From an uncultured delta proteobacterium (lineage in GTDB: Bacteria > Desulfobacterota > Binatia > Binatales > Binataceae): a stretch of 64,000 nt of DNA. Shown here piece by piece: positions 40,806 through 49,692 of this stretch. The stretch is taken from positions 2,624,107 through 2,688,106 of the forward strand of contig CAVURG010000006.1 in the NCBI GenBank assembly GCA_963743865.1. The letters run 5' to 3'. A program made the position numbers and the translations under genes. Positions within the stretch are counted from its first letter, which is position 1. The number at the start of each line of letters is the position of its first letter. The notes below the pieces were generated by a model. The model had not been told where the DNA came from. It ran no database searches and was given only the letters and a program-made list of their open reading frames with translations.

Positions 40806-40961
40806 TCAAGAAACTTTGCCTTCCTTGTGCACCGTGTGCGCGCGGCACTTCGGACAGAATTTCTTGATTGAAAATTTGTCGGTCTGCGTCTTCTTGTTCT
40901 TGGTCGTGGTGTAGTTGCGCGATTTGCAACCGTCGCACGAAAGCGAAATCAGATCTCTCAT
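40806..40961 (-). CDS. rpmG: 50S ribosomal protein L33 (Cys4 zinc-ribbon form)
   Basis: Own translation, not in the ORF track: MRDLISLSCDGCKSRNYTTTKNKKTQTDKFSIKKFCPKCRAHTVHKEGKVS, stop TGA at 40806-40808. Confidence 0.92.
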   Translation of the reverse strand: MRDLISLSCDGCKSRNYTTTKNKKTQTDKFSIKKFCPKCRAHTVHKEGKVS

Positions 40962-41013
40962 TGTCGTCCGCCTCGAAAAACTTTTCCGCCGCCCAGCCGG
41001 CGCAAATTTGGAA

Positions 41014-41086
<73 letters not shown>

Positions 41087-41144
41087 ATTCGTGCTCTGCT
41101 CAACCGGAACAATCGTTGCCTCAAAAAACAAAAATCCGTTCGCC

Positions 41145-41177
41145 AAAAAAACTGCCGCCGCTTCGGCCCATCGTCAG
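41145..41177 (-). terminator. possible terminator between tRNA-Gly and tRNA-Thr(GGT)
   Basis: The minus strand reads ctgacgatgg-gccg-aag-cggc-ggcag followed by ttttttt. The GC stem is short (4 bp plus 3 outer pairs), so this is tentative. Confidence 0.35.
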
Positions 41178-41187
41178 ATGGTTTTTT

Positions 41188-41263
41188 TGGAGCGGGAAAC
41201 GGGACTCGAACCCGCGACCCCGAGCTTGGAAGGCTCGCGCTCTACCAACTGAGCTATTCCCGC
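41188..41263 (-). tRNA. tRNA-Gly (anticodon TCC), 3' CCA encoded
   Basis: Acceptor GCGGGAA/TTCCCGC, anticodon stem CGAGC/GCTCG with loop CTTCCAA, T arm GCGGG-TTCGAGT-CCCGT. Confidence 0.92.
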
Positions 41264-41289
41264 TCTCCCCGTCGAACTCATTATTATAC

Positions 41290-41375
<86 letters not shown>

Positions 41376-41398
41376 TCCCAAGGCTATCGTGCCGACCA

Positions 41399-41470
41399 AG
41401 CCGATGGCGAGAATCGAACTCGCAACCACCTGATTACAAATCAGGTGCTCTACCGTTGAGCTACATCGGC
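41399..41470 (-). tRNA. tRNA-Thr (anticodon TGT)
   Basis: Acceptor GCCGATG/CATCGGC, anticodon stem CCTGA/TCAGG with loop TTTGTAA, T arm GCGAG-TTCGATT-CTCGC. Confidence 0.92.
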
Positions 41471-41671
41471 AAACGACGTTAAGAGGGCAAAGTTATTCGC
41501 CGCCGCCGCAAGTGTCAAGCTAAACGGCGTTTGAGGGTCTGCTTCTTGCATCCGGGCGACCGGGCGCCGCGTGTCACGTTGGACAATTGCGGCGCAAAAC
41601 TGAACCTCGCGGTTCCCCAGGTGACAGCGCAATACTTGCGGTCGCGGGTGTCGACGCGGAAAGTGTTCGGC

Positions 41672-42037
41672 ATGACGAAACTCAAGCCTCCTGCCAGCAG
41701 CGCCCTGATCGATCTCGAATGGGCCAGGGTTTACGCCGACCGCATCAAGGGCGAACTGAAGCTGCTTGGCAAGACGCTGTCCGAACTCAACGTGCACGGG
41801 ATGCATCCGCATCTCGCCAAGGGAGCGGTACTGCTGAAAGCGCAGATGAAGGACGCCAGCCGGCAGATTGGCGGGATGAGAAAAATCGCGAGCCAGTGCG
41901 AATCCAACTGGATGAACACCATCAAGAAGGCGCTGGCCAGGAAGTATCCGGGTTTCACCGAGCGCAAATCGACCCGAGCCAGGCCGGCGTCAAAAAGAAC
42001 CGCCAAGAAGCAGCAGCACAAAGGTCTTAGCTGCTAA
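41672..42037 (+). CDS. hypothetical protein (121 aa, basic C-terminus)
   Basis: Internal ATG of ORF 41531..42037 gives MTKLKPPASSALIDLEWARVYADRIKGELKLLGKTLSEL...KRTAKKQQHKGLSC. No motif recognised. Its stop overlaps the convergent rlmB stop. Confidence 0.5.
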   Translation: MTKLKPPASSALIDLEWARVYADRIKGELKLLGKTLSELNVHGMHPHLAKGAVLLKAQMKDASRQIGGMRKIASQCESNWMNTIKKALARKYPGFTERKSTRARPASKRTAKKQQHKGLSC

Positions 42038-43080
42038 ACCGCCTGTTTCGCGGCGCAGCGGCGGCGGGCGATTTCGAACAGCGCCACCGCGGCGGCGACC
42101 GACACGTTGAGCGAGCCGACTTTGCCGCGCATCGGGATGCCCACGACAAAATCCGCACCCTTCTTCACGATGTCGCGAACGCCGCGCCCCTCGGAGCCGA
42201 CGATGATCGCGAGCTTGCGCGAGGTGTCCAGCGCGTAGATCGACGTATCGCCGCCGGGCGCGAGCGCCGCGGTCCAGTAGCCCGCCTCTTTCAACTGCTC
42301 GATGGTGCGGGCGACGTTGCCGCATCGCGCGATCTTCAGATGTATCCACGCACCGGCCGACGACTTGATCGCCGCGGGCGTGATGCCCGCCGTTCGGTCC
42401 TTCGCGATGACGATCGCGCCGACGCCGGCGCCTTCCGCCGAGCGCATCAGGGCGCCCAGGTTGCGCGGATCGGTGACGCCGTCCACCAGCACGATCGGAT
42501 CGGGCTGGTCGATGAGAATCTGCTCGAGCGGCGTGTACTCGTACTCGCGCATCAGGGCCGCAATCCCCTGATGGCGGGCGGCCGGTCCCGCCAATCGCTC
42601 CAATCCGGCGTCATCGGCGAATTCGACGCGGCCACCGCCGGTTCTGACGAGATCGATCTCAGCCGCGAAGCGCCGCTCGTCGCCGGATTTCACGTAGAGC
42701 ACTCGAATCGAGCCGGGCGCGGCGGCGACCAGCTCGCGGATTGGCTCGACGCCATAGACTATTTCGCGATCGTTGCCGCTGGCGCGCCGAGGCTCGCGCT
42801 CGCCCGCGTCCGCACGCCGATAATCGCGCGCAGGGGCCGGCGCCGCGGCAGGTTTGGAGGCGGCGCGGGCGAATGCCGGCGCGGCGGAGTCGGCGCGTTG
42901 CGGTTGAAGCGTGGATTGCGGCCCTTGTCGCGAAAGTCTCTCATCGAGAGCGATACTATCAGAGCGCCGCGCAAGTAGCTGTCCCGGTGCGCAAGAAGAA
43001 GATCGAATCGCAAGTTTCAATCGCGCGCCGCTACGTCTAAACTTGGCCGCTGAGCCCTTGCCGGCGGCAGGGATCGACAC
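42034..43080 (-). CDS. rlmB: SpoU/TrmH-family 23S rRNA 2'-O-ribose methyltransferase (RlmB-like); 5' end uncertain
   Basis: C-terminal 250 aa are typical (IVYGVEPIRELV..., LVDGVTDPRNLGALMRSAEGAGV, IVGSEGRGVRDIV, IPMRGKVGSLNVSVAAAVALFE). The 348-aa ORF start at 43080 leaves only 1 nt before divergent lptF, so the real start or frame of the N-terminal 100 aa is doubtful. Confidence 0.85.
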   Translation of the reverse strand: MSIPAAGKGSAAKFRRSGARLKLAIRSSSCAPGQLLARRSDSIALDERLSRQGPQSTLQPQRADSAAPAFARAASKPAAAPAPARDYRRADAGEREPRRASGNDREIVYGVEPIRELVAAAPGSIRVLYVKSGDERRFAAEIDLVRTGGGRVEFADDAGLERLAGPAARHQGIAALMREYEYTPLEQILIDQPDPIVLVDGVTDPRNLGALMRSAEGAGVGAIVIAKDRTAGITPAAIKSSAGAWIHLKIARCGNVARTIEQLKEAGYWTAALAPGGDTSIYALDTSRKLAIIVGSEGRGVRDIVKKGADFVVGIPMRGKVGSLNVSVAAAVALFEIARRRCAAKQAV

Positions 43081-43081
43081 A

Positions 43082-44271
43082 ATGAGACTGGCAATCCCAG
43101 GATTTGCGATTATCGACCGCTACGTCGCGCGCGAGGTGCTGGGGCCGTTCGCGGTCGACGTCGGGCTGCTGACCTTCGCGCTGGTCACGGGCAAGTTGCT
43201 CAAGCTGATGGACATGGTCGTCAATCACGGCGTCAGCCTCGGCGAGGTGATGGGGATCATCGGGTACATCATGCCGGCCTTTTTGGAGCTCACGTTTCCG
43301 ATGGCGGTGCTGCTCGGAGTGTTGATGGGATTCGGGCGGATGTCGAGCGACCAGGAGATGACCGCGGCGCGCGCCTGCGGCGTCAGCTTGTATCGGCTGG
43401 CGGTGCCGGTGATGGTGGTGGCGCTGGGCGTGTACGCGCTTTCGAGCTACTTCGCGTTCTCGCTGAGGCCGTGGGCGAATTCCAATCTGCGCAACAAGCT
43501 CTACGAACTCAGCCAGACCCGGACCAGCGCCGGGCTGAAGGAAAAAGTCTTCAACAGCAATTTTCCCGGCCTGGTCGTTTATGTCGACGAGATGTCCGAT
43601 ACCGATTCCAGTTTGAAGGGCGTCATGATTTCGGATGCGCGCGATCCGCACAACCAGAACACGATAATCGCCAAGCATGGAATGATGTGCCCGACCCGCA
43701 TGACAAGTCGATCACGCTGCGGCTGTTCGACGGTTCGATCTTCGGCTCCGAGCCCGCCAACGACGCGACTCACGTGACCAGCTTCAGAACCTACGATCTC
43801 AGCGTCCGTCTCGAGTCGGCGCTGGACGTGAGCGATCAGGATCCGGGCGAAATGAAGTACGCGGCACTGCGCGCCGACATCGCGGCGGCGCGCGCCAAGG
43901 GGAAACCGGACTACGCCGCCGAGACCGAGATGGCGAGCAAGTACACCGTCCCGTTCGCCACGATGCTGTTCGCGCTGCTTGGGATCTCGCTCGGGCTCAA
44001 GCCGGCGCGCGGCGGCCATTCGGAGCGTTTCGGCGTCAGCGTCGCGCTGTTCTTTCTCTATTACTCGCTGATGCGCGTGGGCGAGACGCTGGCGCAGCGC
44101 GGCAAGCTCGACGCGTGGGTCGCGATGAGCATCCCGGACATCGTATTCATGGCGCTGGCTTTCTGGTTCTTCTATCGCGCCGCGTCCGACAAGGGCGACC
44201 AGGGCCGCGGCCCCGGCGACATCATCTGGGATCTGGTCGAGCGCTACGAACGCAGCAGGCAGGCCGCATGA
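43082..44271 (+). pseudogene. lptF: LPS export ABC permease LptF, one missing base near 43687 (as assembled)
   Basis: ATG at 43082 (MRLAIPGFAIIDRYVAREVLGPFAV...). ORFs 42911..43777 and 43471..44271 carry the two halves. The junction gga atg atg / gtg ccc gac fits ...AKHGMMVPDPHDKSITLRLFDGSIF with one g lost. Confidence 0.88.
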
Positions 44272-45368
44272 AACTTCGACCGCGCCTTTCGCCGGTGATG
44301 GACCGCTTCATCGCGGGCCAGTTCTTCGGCCCGTTCATGGTTTGCCTGGCGGCATTCACGGCGGCTTACCTGCTCGGCGATATGTTCGATCGATTCGACG
44401 ATTTGATCCGCTACGGCGGGCTGGGGTTATTGGGCCTCGAGTACTTCGCGCTCAAGCTGCCGCTGATCGTCTCGCAGGTTCTGCCGGTGGCGAGTCTGGC
44501 TGGCGTACTGCTTGGTTTCGCGCTGCTCAATCGATCGGGAGAGGTGCTGGCCTGCCAGCAACTCGGCATCAGCCGGCTCGAGATGGCGGTGCCGGTGCTG
44601 ATAGTCGCGGTGTTGATTTCGGGTTTTGATTTTTTCATCAGCGAAACAGTGGTTCCGGCCGCGACCCGCCAGGCGAAGTATATCTACGCGGTGGAACTCA
44701 AGAAGCGCCAGCTCAAGGGGGTATTCGCCAACCGGCGCATCTGGGTGCGCGTGCGCGACGGATTCATTTCAGTTGACCGCTTCGACAAGGAAAACTTGCA
44801 GCTCGTCGGAATTACCCACTATCAACTCGATAACGCTTTCGGACTCAAGGATCTCGAGCATGCGGCGAGCGCGAAATGGAACGGTCACGACTGGGTTGAG
44901 AGCGGGTTAAACTCGTTCCAGATCGGCAAGGGCGGCGCCGTGACCAAGTTTGGCACCGCGCGCTTCGAACTTGGACTGACTCCCGCCGATTTCGGCCTGC
45001 TGCGCTTCGACCCGGAGGAGTTCAGCTTGTGGGAACTCAACCGCTACATCGCGGATCTGCGCAGCAAGGGACTCGACCCGGGCGGGTACGTCGTCGATCG
45101 CGATCTGAAGTACGCGATGCCGCTGACGTGCCTGATAATGGCCGCGCTCGGGATGGCGCTCAGCCTCGATCCGCTGCCGCGCAACCTGAGTCTGGGGCGC
45201 AGCTTCGGCTTGGCAATCGTGATCGGCTTCGCCTACTGGACCTCGCTCGGAATCACGTCCGCGCTGGGCCGTTCAGGGCTGCTGCCCGCGGTGATTGCCG
45301 CGTGGATACCGAATTTCATGTTCGCGATGATCGCGGTCTCGATCTTCCTGTTCGGCGAAGAACGCTGA
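44268..45368 (+). CDS. lptG: LPS export ABC permease LptG
   Basis: ATG at 44268 overlaps the lptF stop (ATGA). MKLRPRLSPVMDRFIAGQFFGPFMV..., 366 aa of the YjgP/YjgQ permease family. Confidence 0.9.
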   Translation: MKLRPRLSPVMDRFIAGQFFGPFMVCLAAFTAAYLLGDMFDRFDDLIRYGGLGLLGLEYFALKLPLIVSQVLPVASLAGVLLGFALLNRSGEVLACQQLGISRLEMAVPVLIVAVLISGFDFFISETVVPAATRQAKYIYAVELKKRQLKGVFANRRIWVRVRDGFISVDRFDKENLQLVGITHYQLDNAFGLKDLEHAASAKWNGHDWVESGLNSFQIGKGGAVTKFGTARFELGLTPADFGLLRFDPEEFSLWELNRYIADLRSKGLDPGGYVVDRDLKYAMPLTCLIMAALGMALSLDPLPRNLSLGRSFGLAIVIGFAYWTSLGITSALGRSGLLPAVIAAWIPNFMFAMIAVSIFLFGEER

Positions 45369-45396
45369 CCGTCGCGATGCGCGAGGGCGTGCTGCG

Positions 45397-46392
45397 TCAG
45401 CCGCCGATCTGGTACATCGAACGGTCCTGCGTCGAGCGGCCTTCGAGCAGGTGATGCCCGGTGGGCTTGAGCTCGACCGCGCGCTTGAGGATTCGCGCCA
45501 CGTCGGCGATCACGTCGCCTGAATTCGAGCGCAACGCCTTGCGCACGTCGAGTTCGTCGTCGTTGAGCAGGCACAGGTGGAATTTTCCGTCCGCCGTCAG
45601 CCGCATCCGGTTGCAGGTCCCGCAGTAAGGCTCGCTGACCGGACTGATGAAGCCGACCACGCCGCGCGCGCCCGCCAGCCGGAAGTTGCGCGATTCGTCG
45701 GCCGGATTTTCGGACGGGATTTCGCTGAGTGCGCCGAGCGCCGCCTCGATTCTGCGCCGCGTCTCGATGTTGGACACGTAGCGCTTCATCGACAACGTCG
45801 CGCATTCGCCGCCGCCCAGCGGCATCAGCTCGATGAATCGCACGTGCCAGTCGCGCTCGAGCGTCAGGCGCGCCAGCTCGACGACGTCGGCTTCGTTGTA
45901 GCCGGCCGTCACCACCGAGTTGAGCTTGATCGGCCGTAGTCCCGCCGCTTCGGCCGCGACTATCCCGCGCCAGATTTTCTCGAAGCTGCCCCATCGCATT
46001 TGCCGCTCGACGGTCGCGGGGTCCAGGCTGTCGAGATGCACGTTGATTCGATTCAGCCCCGCGCGTTTCAGCGCCGGCCCAAGCTCCGTGAGCAGCAGAG
46101 CGTTGGTGGTCAGCGCCACGCCGTCCACTCCGGGCACGCGCGCCAGCCGCTCGACTATCTCCACGAGATCGAGCCGGATGGTAGGCTCGCCGCCGGTCAG
46201 CCGGAATTTTCGAAAGCCCACGCCGACCGCGGCGCGCGCGACGGTTTCAAACTCCGCCGGGGTCAGCAACTCGTCTTTGGGATGAAAGCGCAACCCCTCC
46301 AGCGGCATACAGTAAACGCATCGCAGGTTGCACCTGTCGATCACCGATAACCGCAGGTAATCTATCTCACGATTGAACGAGTCGCGGGGCAC
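45397..46392 (-). CDS. moaA: GTP 3',8-cyclase MoaA (radical SAM)
   Basis: GTG at 46390-46392 gives (M)PRDSFNREIDYLRLSVIDRCNLRCVYCMP (CxxxCxxC), and the C-terminal cluster is CGTCNRMRLTADGKFHLC. The longer ORF to 46641 adds an Arg-rich non-homologous leader overlapping the divergent gene. Confidence 0.9.
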   Translation of the reverse strand: MPRDSFNREIDYLRLSVIDRCNLRCVYCMPLEGLRFHPKDELLTPAEFETVARAAVGVGFRKFRLTGGEPTIRLDLVEIVERLARVPGVDGVALTTNALLLTELGPALKRAGLNRINVHLDSLDPATVERQMRWGSFEKIWRGIVAAEAAGLRPIKLNSVVTAGYNEADVVELARLTLERDWHVRFIELMPLGGGECATLSMKRYVSNIETRRRIEAALGALSEIPSENPADESRNFRLAGARGVVGFISPVSEPYCGTCNRMRLTADGKFHLCLLNDDELDVRKALRSNSGDVIADVARILKRAVELKPTGHHLLEGRSTQDRSMYQIGG

Positions 46393-46514
46393 GAACGCAT
46401 AGTTATCGGAGCAGCCCGCGTGAAACAACCAAGCGCCTGGCCGGGCGCTCAATCTTGCCAATTTGTACGCAGCGCCTATTATCATTGGCGTTGGGGGTGA
46501 ATGGTGGCGTGAAC

Positions 46515-47174
46515 ATGGTTTATCGATTGCGCGCCAACTCGCGATTGAGCCGGGCTTTGATGCCCGCAATCGCGATCGCCGCATTGGCAGTCCTGGCGAT
46601 CGCAGCTTCGAGCTACGCGGCCTCCGCGAATCGCGCCGCATCCGACGCGGTCGTTGCCGGGGCGGAAAAGCTGATCGTGCAGGCTGGTCAGGCCAATCCG
46701 GTCGATAGCAAAGAGATCCACCAGGCGATGGACAGGCTGCATGAGGCGCTGCGCATCGATCCTCGCAACGACTCAGCGTACGTGGACCTCGGCTTCTGCT
46801 ATGGCGTGCTGCGCGACGGCGATAGCGCGATCCGGATGTACCACACGGCGACCGACCTGAATCCGTCGGGCAGCAACTTCCTCGAGCTGGCCGACGTGTA
46901 CCTGCGCGTCGGCGACGCCGAGGATGCGCTGCTCGCGGCCAACGCCGGAATAATCAAGGACCCTTCCAACGCGCGGCTCTACAACGCCAAGGGCATGGCG
47001 CTGAACGACTTGCAGCGCTTCGGCGAAGCGGAAGAAGCCTGGGAGAAGGCGCTCAAGCTCAATCCCAATTTGAGAGTCGCGCAGGCAAATCTGGACGCAC
47101 TAAACGGCGGCTCAAGCGGGCGCGGCAGTATCGTCAAGCATCGGCAACAACCGCCGGCAAGCACGACGCACTAG
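46515..47174 (+). CDS. secreted tetratricopeptide-repeat protein
   Basis: MVYRLRANSRLSRALMPAIAIAALAVLAIAASSYA signal peptide, then TPR-like repeats (AYVDLGFCYGVLRDGDSAIRMYHTATDLNP; ARLYNAKGMALNDLQRFGEAEEAWEKALKLNP). Confidence 0.8.
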   Translation: MVYRLRANSRLSRALMPAIAIAALAVLAIAASSYAASANRAASDAVVAGAEKLIVQAGQANPVDSKEIHQAMDRLHEALRIDPRNDSAYVDLGFCYGVLRDGDSAIRMYHTATDLNPSGSNFLELADVYLRVGDAEDALLAANAGIIKDPSNARLYNAKGMALNDLQRFGEAEEAWEKALKLNPNLRVAQANLDALNGGSSGRGSIVKHRQQPPASTTH

Positions 47175-47506
47175 CCGCCAGTGATCGGACGCTCGGGCTC
47201 CGCCACGCAATATGCGCATCGGCAGAGATTTCTGAGCTGGTGCATCGTGTAGATAGTCTCGTGGCCGTCAACCCATCCGATAAACACCGCCGCTTCGCCC
47301 AGCCGCGAAAGCTGCCGCATGCGGATGCTCGCGGGCGGCACCGCGCCGTTCACGTTGCCCTTGCACGCGTCGCACGGACATCCGCGGCGCAAATTTTCCA
47401 GCGGAAAAATGCTGTCGTGACCGTCAACCCATTGCACGCCGACGGCGTAGCGCCCCACTTCGTGAAGCTCTTTGATCTTCGGAGTCTTTGACTTGATAAG
47501 CGCCAT
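47171..47506 (-). CDS. DUF971 (gamma-butyrobetaine hydroxylase-like N-terminal domain) protein
   Basis: 111 aa with two repeats of the W-DGH...Y-...LR--CPCA-C pattern (VQWVDGHDSIFPLENLRRGCPCDAC; IGWVDGHETIYTMHQLRNLCRCAYC). Confidence 0.8.
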   Translation of the reverse strand: MALIKSKTPKIKELHEVGRYAVGVQWVDGHDSIFPLENLRRGCPCDACKGNVNGAVPPASIRMRQLSRLGEAAVFIGWVDGHETIYTMHQLRNLCRCAYCVAEPERPITGG

Positions 47507-47508
47507 CG

Positions 47509-48627
47509 GTGCAGTCTCTGCGCAAGTATATCTCCCACGACGCCGGCTGTGGAGACGTTATTTTGCCCCCAGCTTTTGTAAAATATGATGAACTAAGCCG
47601 CGCGCTCAAGCGCATGGCCGCCAGCGCCAGCCGCGAGCTGCTCGTCAAGCAGCCTCATTGGGGCGACGCGATTCTGTGCGACGGCCTGGTTTATGTCGCA
47701 CGCGCGCTTGAGACCGACGCCCCGATCGAAGCGGCCCAGCGATGGTTCGCGCCAAAGCTCGCGGCGGGTCCGCGCACCAACGGATGGTTCTGGTTCTGGG
47801 CGGCCGAAGCGCTCCCGGCGCTCGACCTGCACCTGAAGACCGGCGATCCGCGCTACGTGGATTACGCGCGCGCGATCGTCGGGTTCATGGAAAATTCAGC
47901 CGCGCGAACTCCCGACGGCGCGTTCGTCCCGCATCCGCCGGCGCTCGAAGTGTGGATCGACGTCTGCTACTTCACCGCGCCCGCGATCGCATTGCTCGGC
48001 CGGCTCTCGGGCGACGCCGCGATGATCGAGCGCGCGGCGGATCAGATGATCGTTCATCGCGATCATCTGGCCGACCCCGGAAGCGGACTCTTTTGGCACG
48101 TCGCCTACGTTGACCGCAACTCGCATTCGCCGTGTCTGTGGGCGCGCGGCAACAGTTGGTTTTCGATCGCGGCGCCGCAAGTGATCGGCGAAATCGAGGC
48201 GGCCGGCCTGCTCCAACCGCTTGGCGCAAAGGTCGAGAAGATACGCCAGGCGCTCGCGCTTCAGCTCAATAAAGTCGCATCGCTGCAGGACCAGTCCGGC
48301 TTGTGGCACACCGTGATCGATCGCGACGATTCGTATCTCGAGGCGTCGGCGGCGGCCGGATTCGCGCTCGCGCTCGGCCGCGCGATTCGGACGCGGCTGC
48401 GCGGTCTCGACGAGGCTCGCGCACGCGACGCGTACTCGCGCGCGCTTGGCGCCATTTGCGCGAAGATCGACGCGCATGGCGCGTTCACCGGCGTATCGCA
48501 GCAAACGCCGCCGGGGGATTTTGCCTTTTACAATTCGATCGAAATCGGGACTGCGCCGTTCGCGACCGGTGTGTGCCTGATGACGCTCAGCGAGGCGGTC
48601 GAGACCTGGCAAACTAAAGAATCGTAG
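47509..48627 (+). CDS. glycoside hydrolase family 88/105-like (unsaturated glucuronyl/rhamnogalacturonyl hydrolase fold); start uncertain
   Basis: 372-aa ORF with FWHVAYVDRNSHSPCLWARGNSWF and DQSGLWHTVIDRDDSYLEASAAAGFALALG blocks typical of the (alpha/alpha)6 YteR/UGL family. GTG at 47509 abuts the divergent DUF971 start, so TTG 47563 or ATG 47614 are alternatives. Confidence 0.75.
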   Translation: MQSLRKYISHDAGCGDVILPPAFVKYDELSRALKRMAASASRELLVKQPHWGDAILCDGLVYVARALETDAPIEAAQRWFAPKLAAGPRTNGWFWFWAAEALPALDLHLKTGDPRYVDYARAIVGFMENSAARTPDGAFVPHPPALEVWIDVCYFTAPAIALLGRLSGDAAMIERAADQMIVHRDHLADPGSGLFWHVAYVDRNSHSPCLWARGNSWFSIAAPQVIGEIEAAGLLQPLGAKVEKIRQALALQLNKVASLQDQSGLWHTVIDRDDSYLEASAAAGFALALGRAIRTRLRGLDEARARDAYSRALGAICAKIDAHGAFTGVSQQTPPGDFAFYNSIEIGTAPFATGVCLMTLSEAVETWQTKES

Positions 48628-48738
48628 CCCCGCCGGGCGGCGATCCCGACAGCCGAGGCGATGCGCGCAACGCATCCTTGTCGGGAAAGCCGTTTGGGTT
48701 TACAAAGCGAGTCGAAATCCAAGTCTAGAATGGAAATT

Positions 48739-48752
48739 CCGGCTTAAGCCGG
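48739..48752. promoter_or_regulatory. perfect 14-bp palindrome ccggcttaagccgg upstream of the hydrolase gene
   Basis: Read directly, about 20 nt upstream of the GTG at 48772 and just before a GGGAGA Shine-Dalgarno. It could be an operator or a weak terminator of the preceding gene. Confidence 0.25.
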
Positions 48753-48771
48753 TGTGTTGGGAGAAACGAGC

Positions 48772-49662
48772 GTGGGCAGCATCAGCGCAGTGGACAAAAA
48801 GACCGGCCGCAAGTTCTATCTTGACGATCCAGACGACCTTCAGCCCGGCGACAAGGTGGTGTTCCTCTTGAGCCTGCACGGCGGCGGTTCAATCGGCGCA
48901 TGGCAGCGCGCCTACTTCCCGGCTTTCCAATACAAAGAGAAGTATCGCCTGGTTATCGCCACGCCATCTGCGGCCACCAAGGAGCCGTTTCGGCACTGGG
49001 TGGGAGCGGCGGATGACGCTCATCTGCGCAATATTGTGGACTATGTGTTCGATAGGTATGGCAAGGACAACATCGCCTCGTTCTGGATCGTTGGCCATTC
49101 CCAAGGCGGCATGACGGCCAACCGCATCCTCGGTGACGACTTCTTCAAGGACCGAGTTGACGGCTGGCTCAGCCTCTCTGGCGGGCGGATCGGGCCGATC
49201 GAGCTTCCGGCGTCCTTCTTCGTCGCCATAGGTGGGCTTCCTCCGATGCCGGCCCAGGTGGGCGACGCGCCCCGCCCAGGCCGCGCCACGGCGCCTGACT
49301 GCGACATCTCCTTCATCTTCGCGACGGGCGAGCATGAGATGGTCGCCCTGCCATCGACTTCGCCATGGGCCGACAAATACGGGGCCGGCCCACGGGTGCG
49401 GTTGGCCGATGTGGTCGATGACGAACCCGGCCAAATCTATGACACCATCCGCGAAGGGAAGTCGACGCCGGCCTGGGGTCTGTCGCCTCGGCCGGGCACG
49501 GCTCAGGTCTATCTCTACCCCAAAGCCCGAGACGGACGCCTGATCGCCGACATCGTGCGCGTGGATAAGGGCCACACCGAGGGACTGGAGCCGAGGATCA
49601 CACAAGAGCTTATCAAGATGATGGTTGCGGCGCCCGGCGGGAAAGCCCGGCGGAGGATTTAG
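48772..49662 (+). CDS. alpha/beta-hydrolase fold protein (serine esterase-like)
   Basis: GHSQGG nucleophile elbow and an HGGG-type oxyanion region (LLSLHGGGSIGAW). Start chosen at the GTG behind GGGAGA (ORF track start 48754). Codon usage looks slightly atypical for the window (more cca, ctt, tat, agg). Confidence 0.7.
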   Translation: MGSISAVDKKTGRKFYLDDPDDLQPGDKVVFLLSLHGGGSIGAWQRAYFPAFQYKEKYRLVIATPSAATKEPFRHWVGAADDAHLRNIVDYVFDRYGKDNIASFWIVGHSQGGMTANRILGDDFFKDRVDGWLSLSGGRIGPIELPASFFVAIGGLPPMPAQVGDAPRPGRATAPDCDISFIFATGEHEMVALPSTSPWADKYGAGPRVRLADVVDDEPGQIYDTIREGKSTPAWGLSPRPGTAQVYLYPKARDGRLIADIVRVDKGHTEGLEPRITQELIKMMVAAPGGKARRRI

Positions 49663-49692
49663 GAGGGGGACAATTTCAATCGCGATCTCTGT

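Noticed and set aside
42759-43013. 84-aa minus-strand ORF overlapping the rlmB 5' region
   Set aside because: It is not an independent gene. At most it is the displaced N-terminal frame of rlmB (see the finding on the rlmB start).
46393-46514. Possible Moco riboswitch upstream of moaA
   Set aside because: There are only about 120 nt before the divergent gene. I see one hairpin (agcgcc-cggcca-ggcgct) and a CUCCGA fragment but cannot reconstruct the conserved Moco motif by eye. A covariance-model scan is needed before any claim.
47171-47174. Convergent genes sharing a palindromic CTAG stop overlap (also at 42034-42037)
   Set aside because: It is real in the sequence, but a 4-nt overlap of convergent stop codons is common in compact genomes and carries no evident function.
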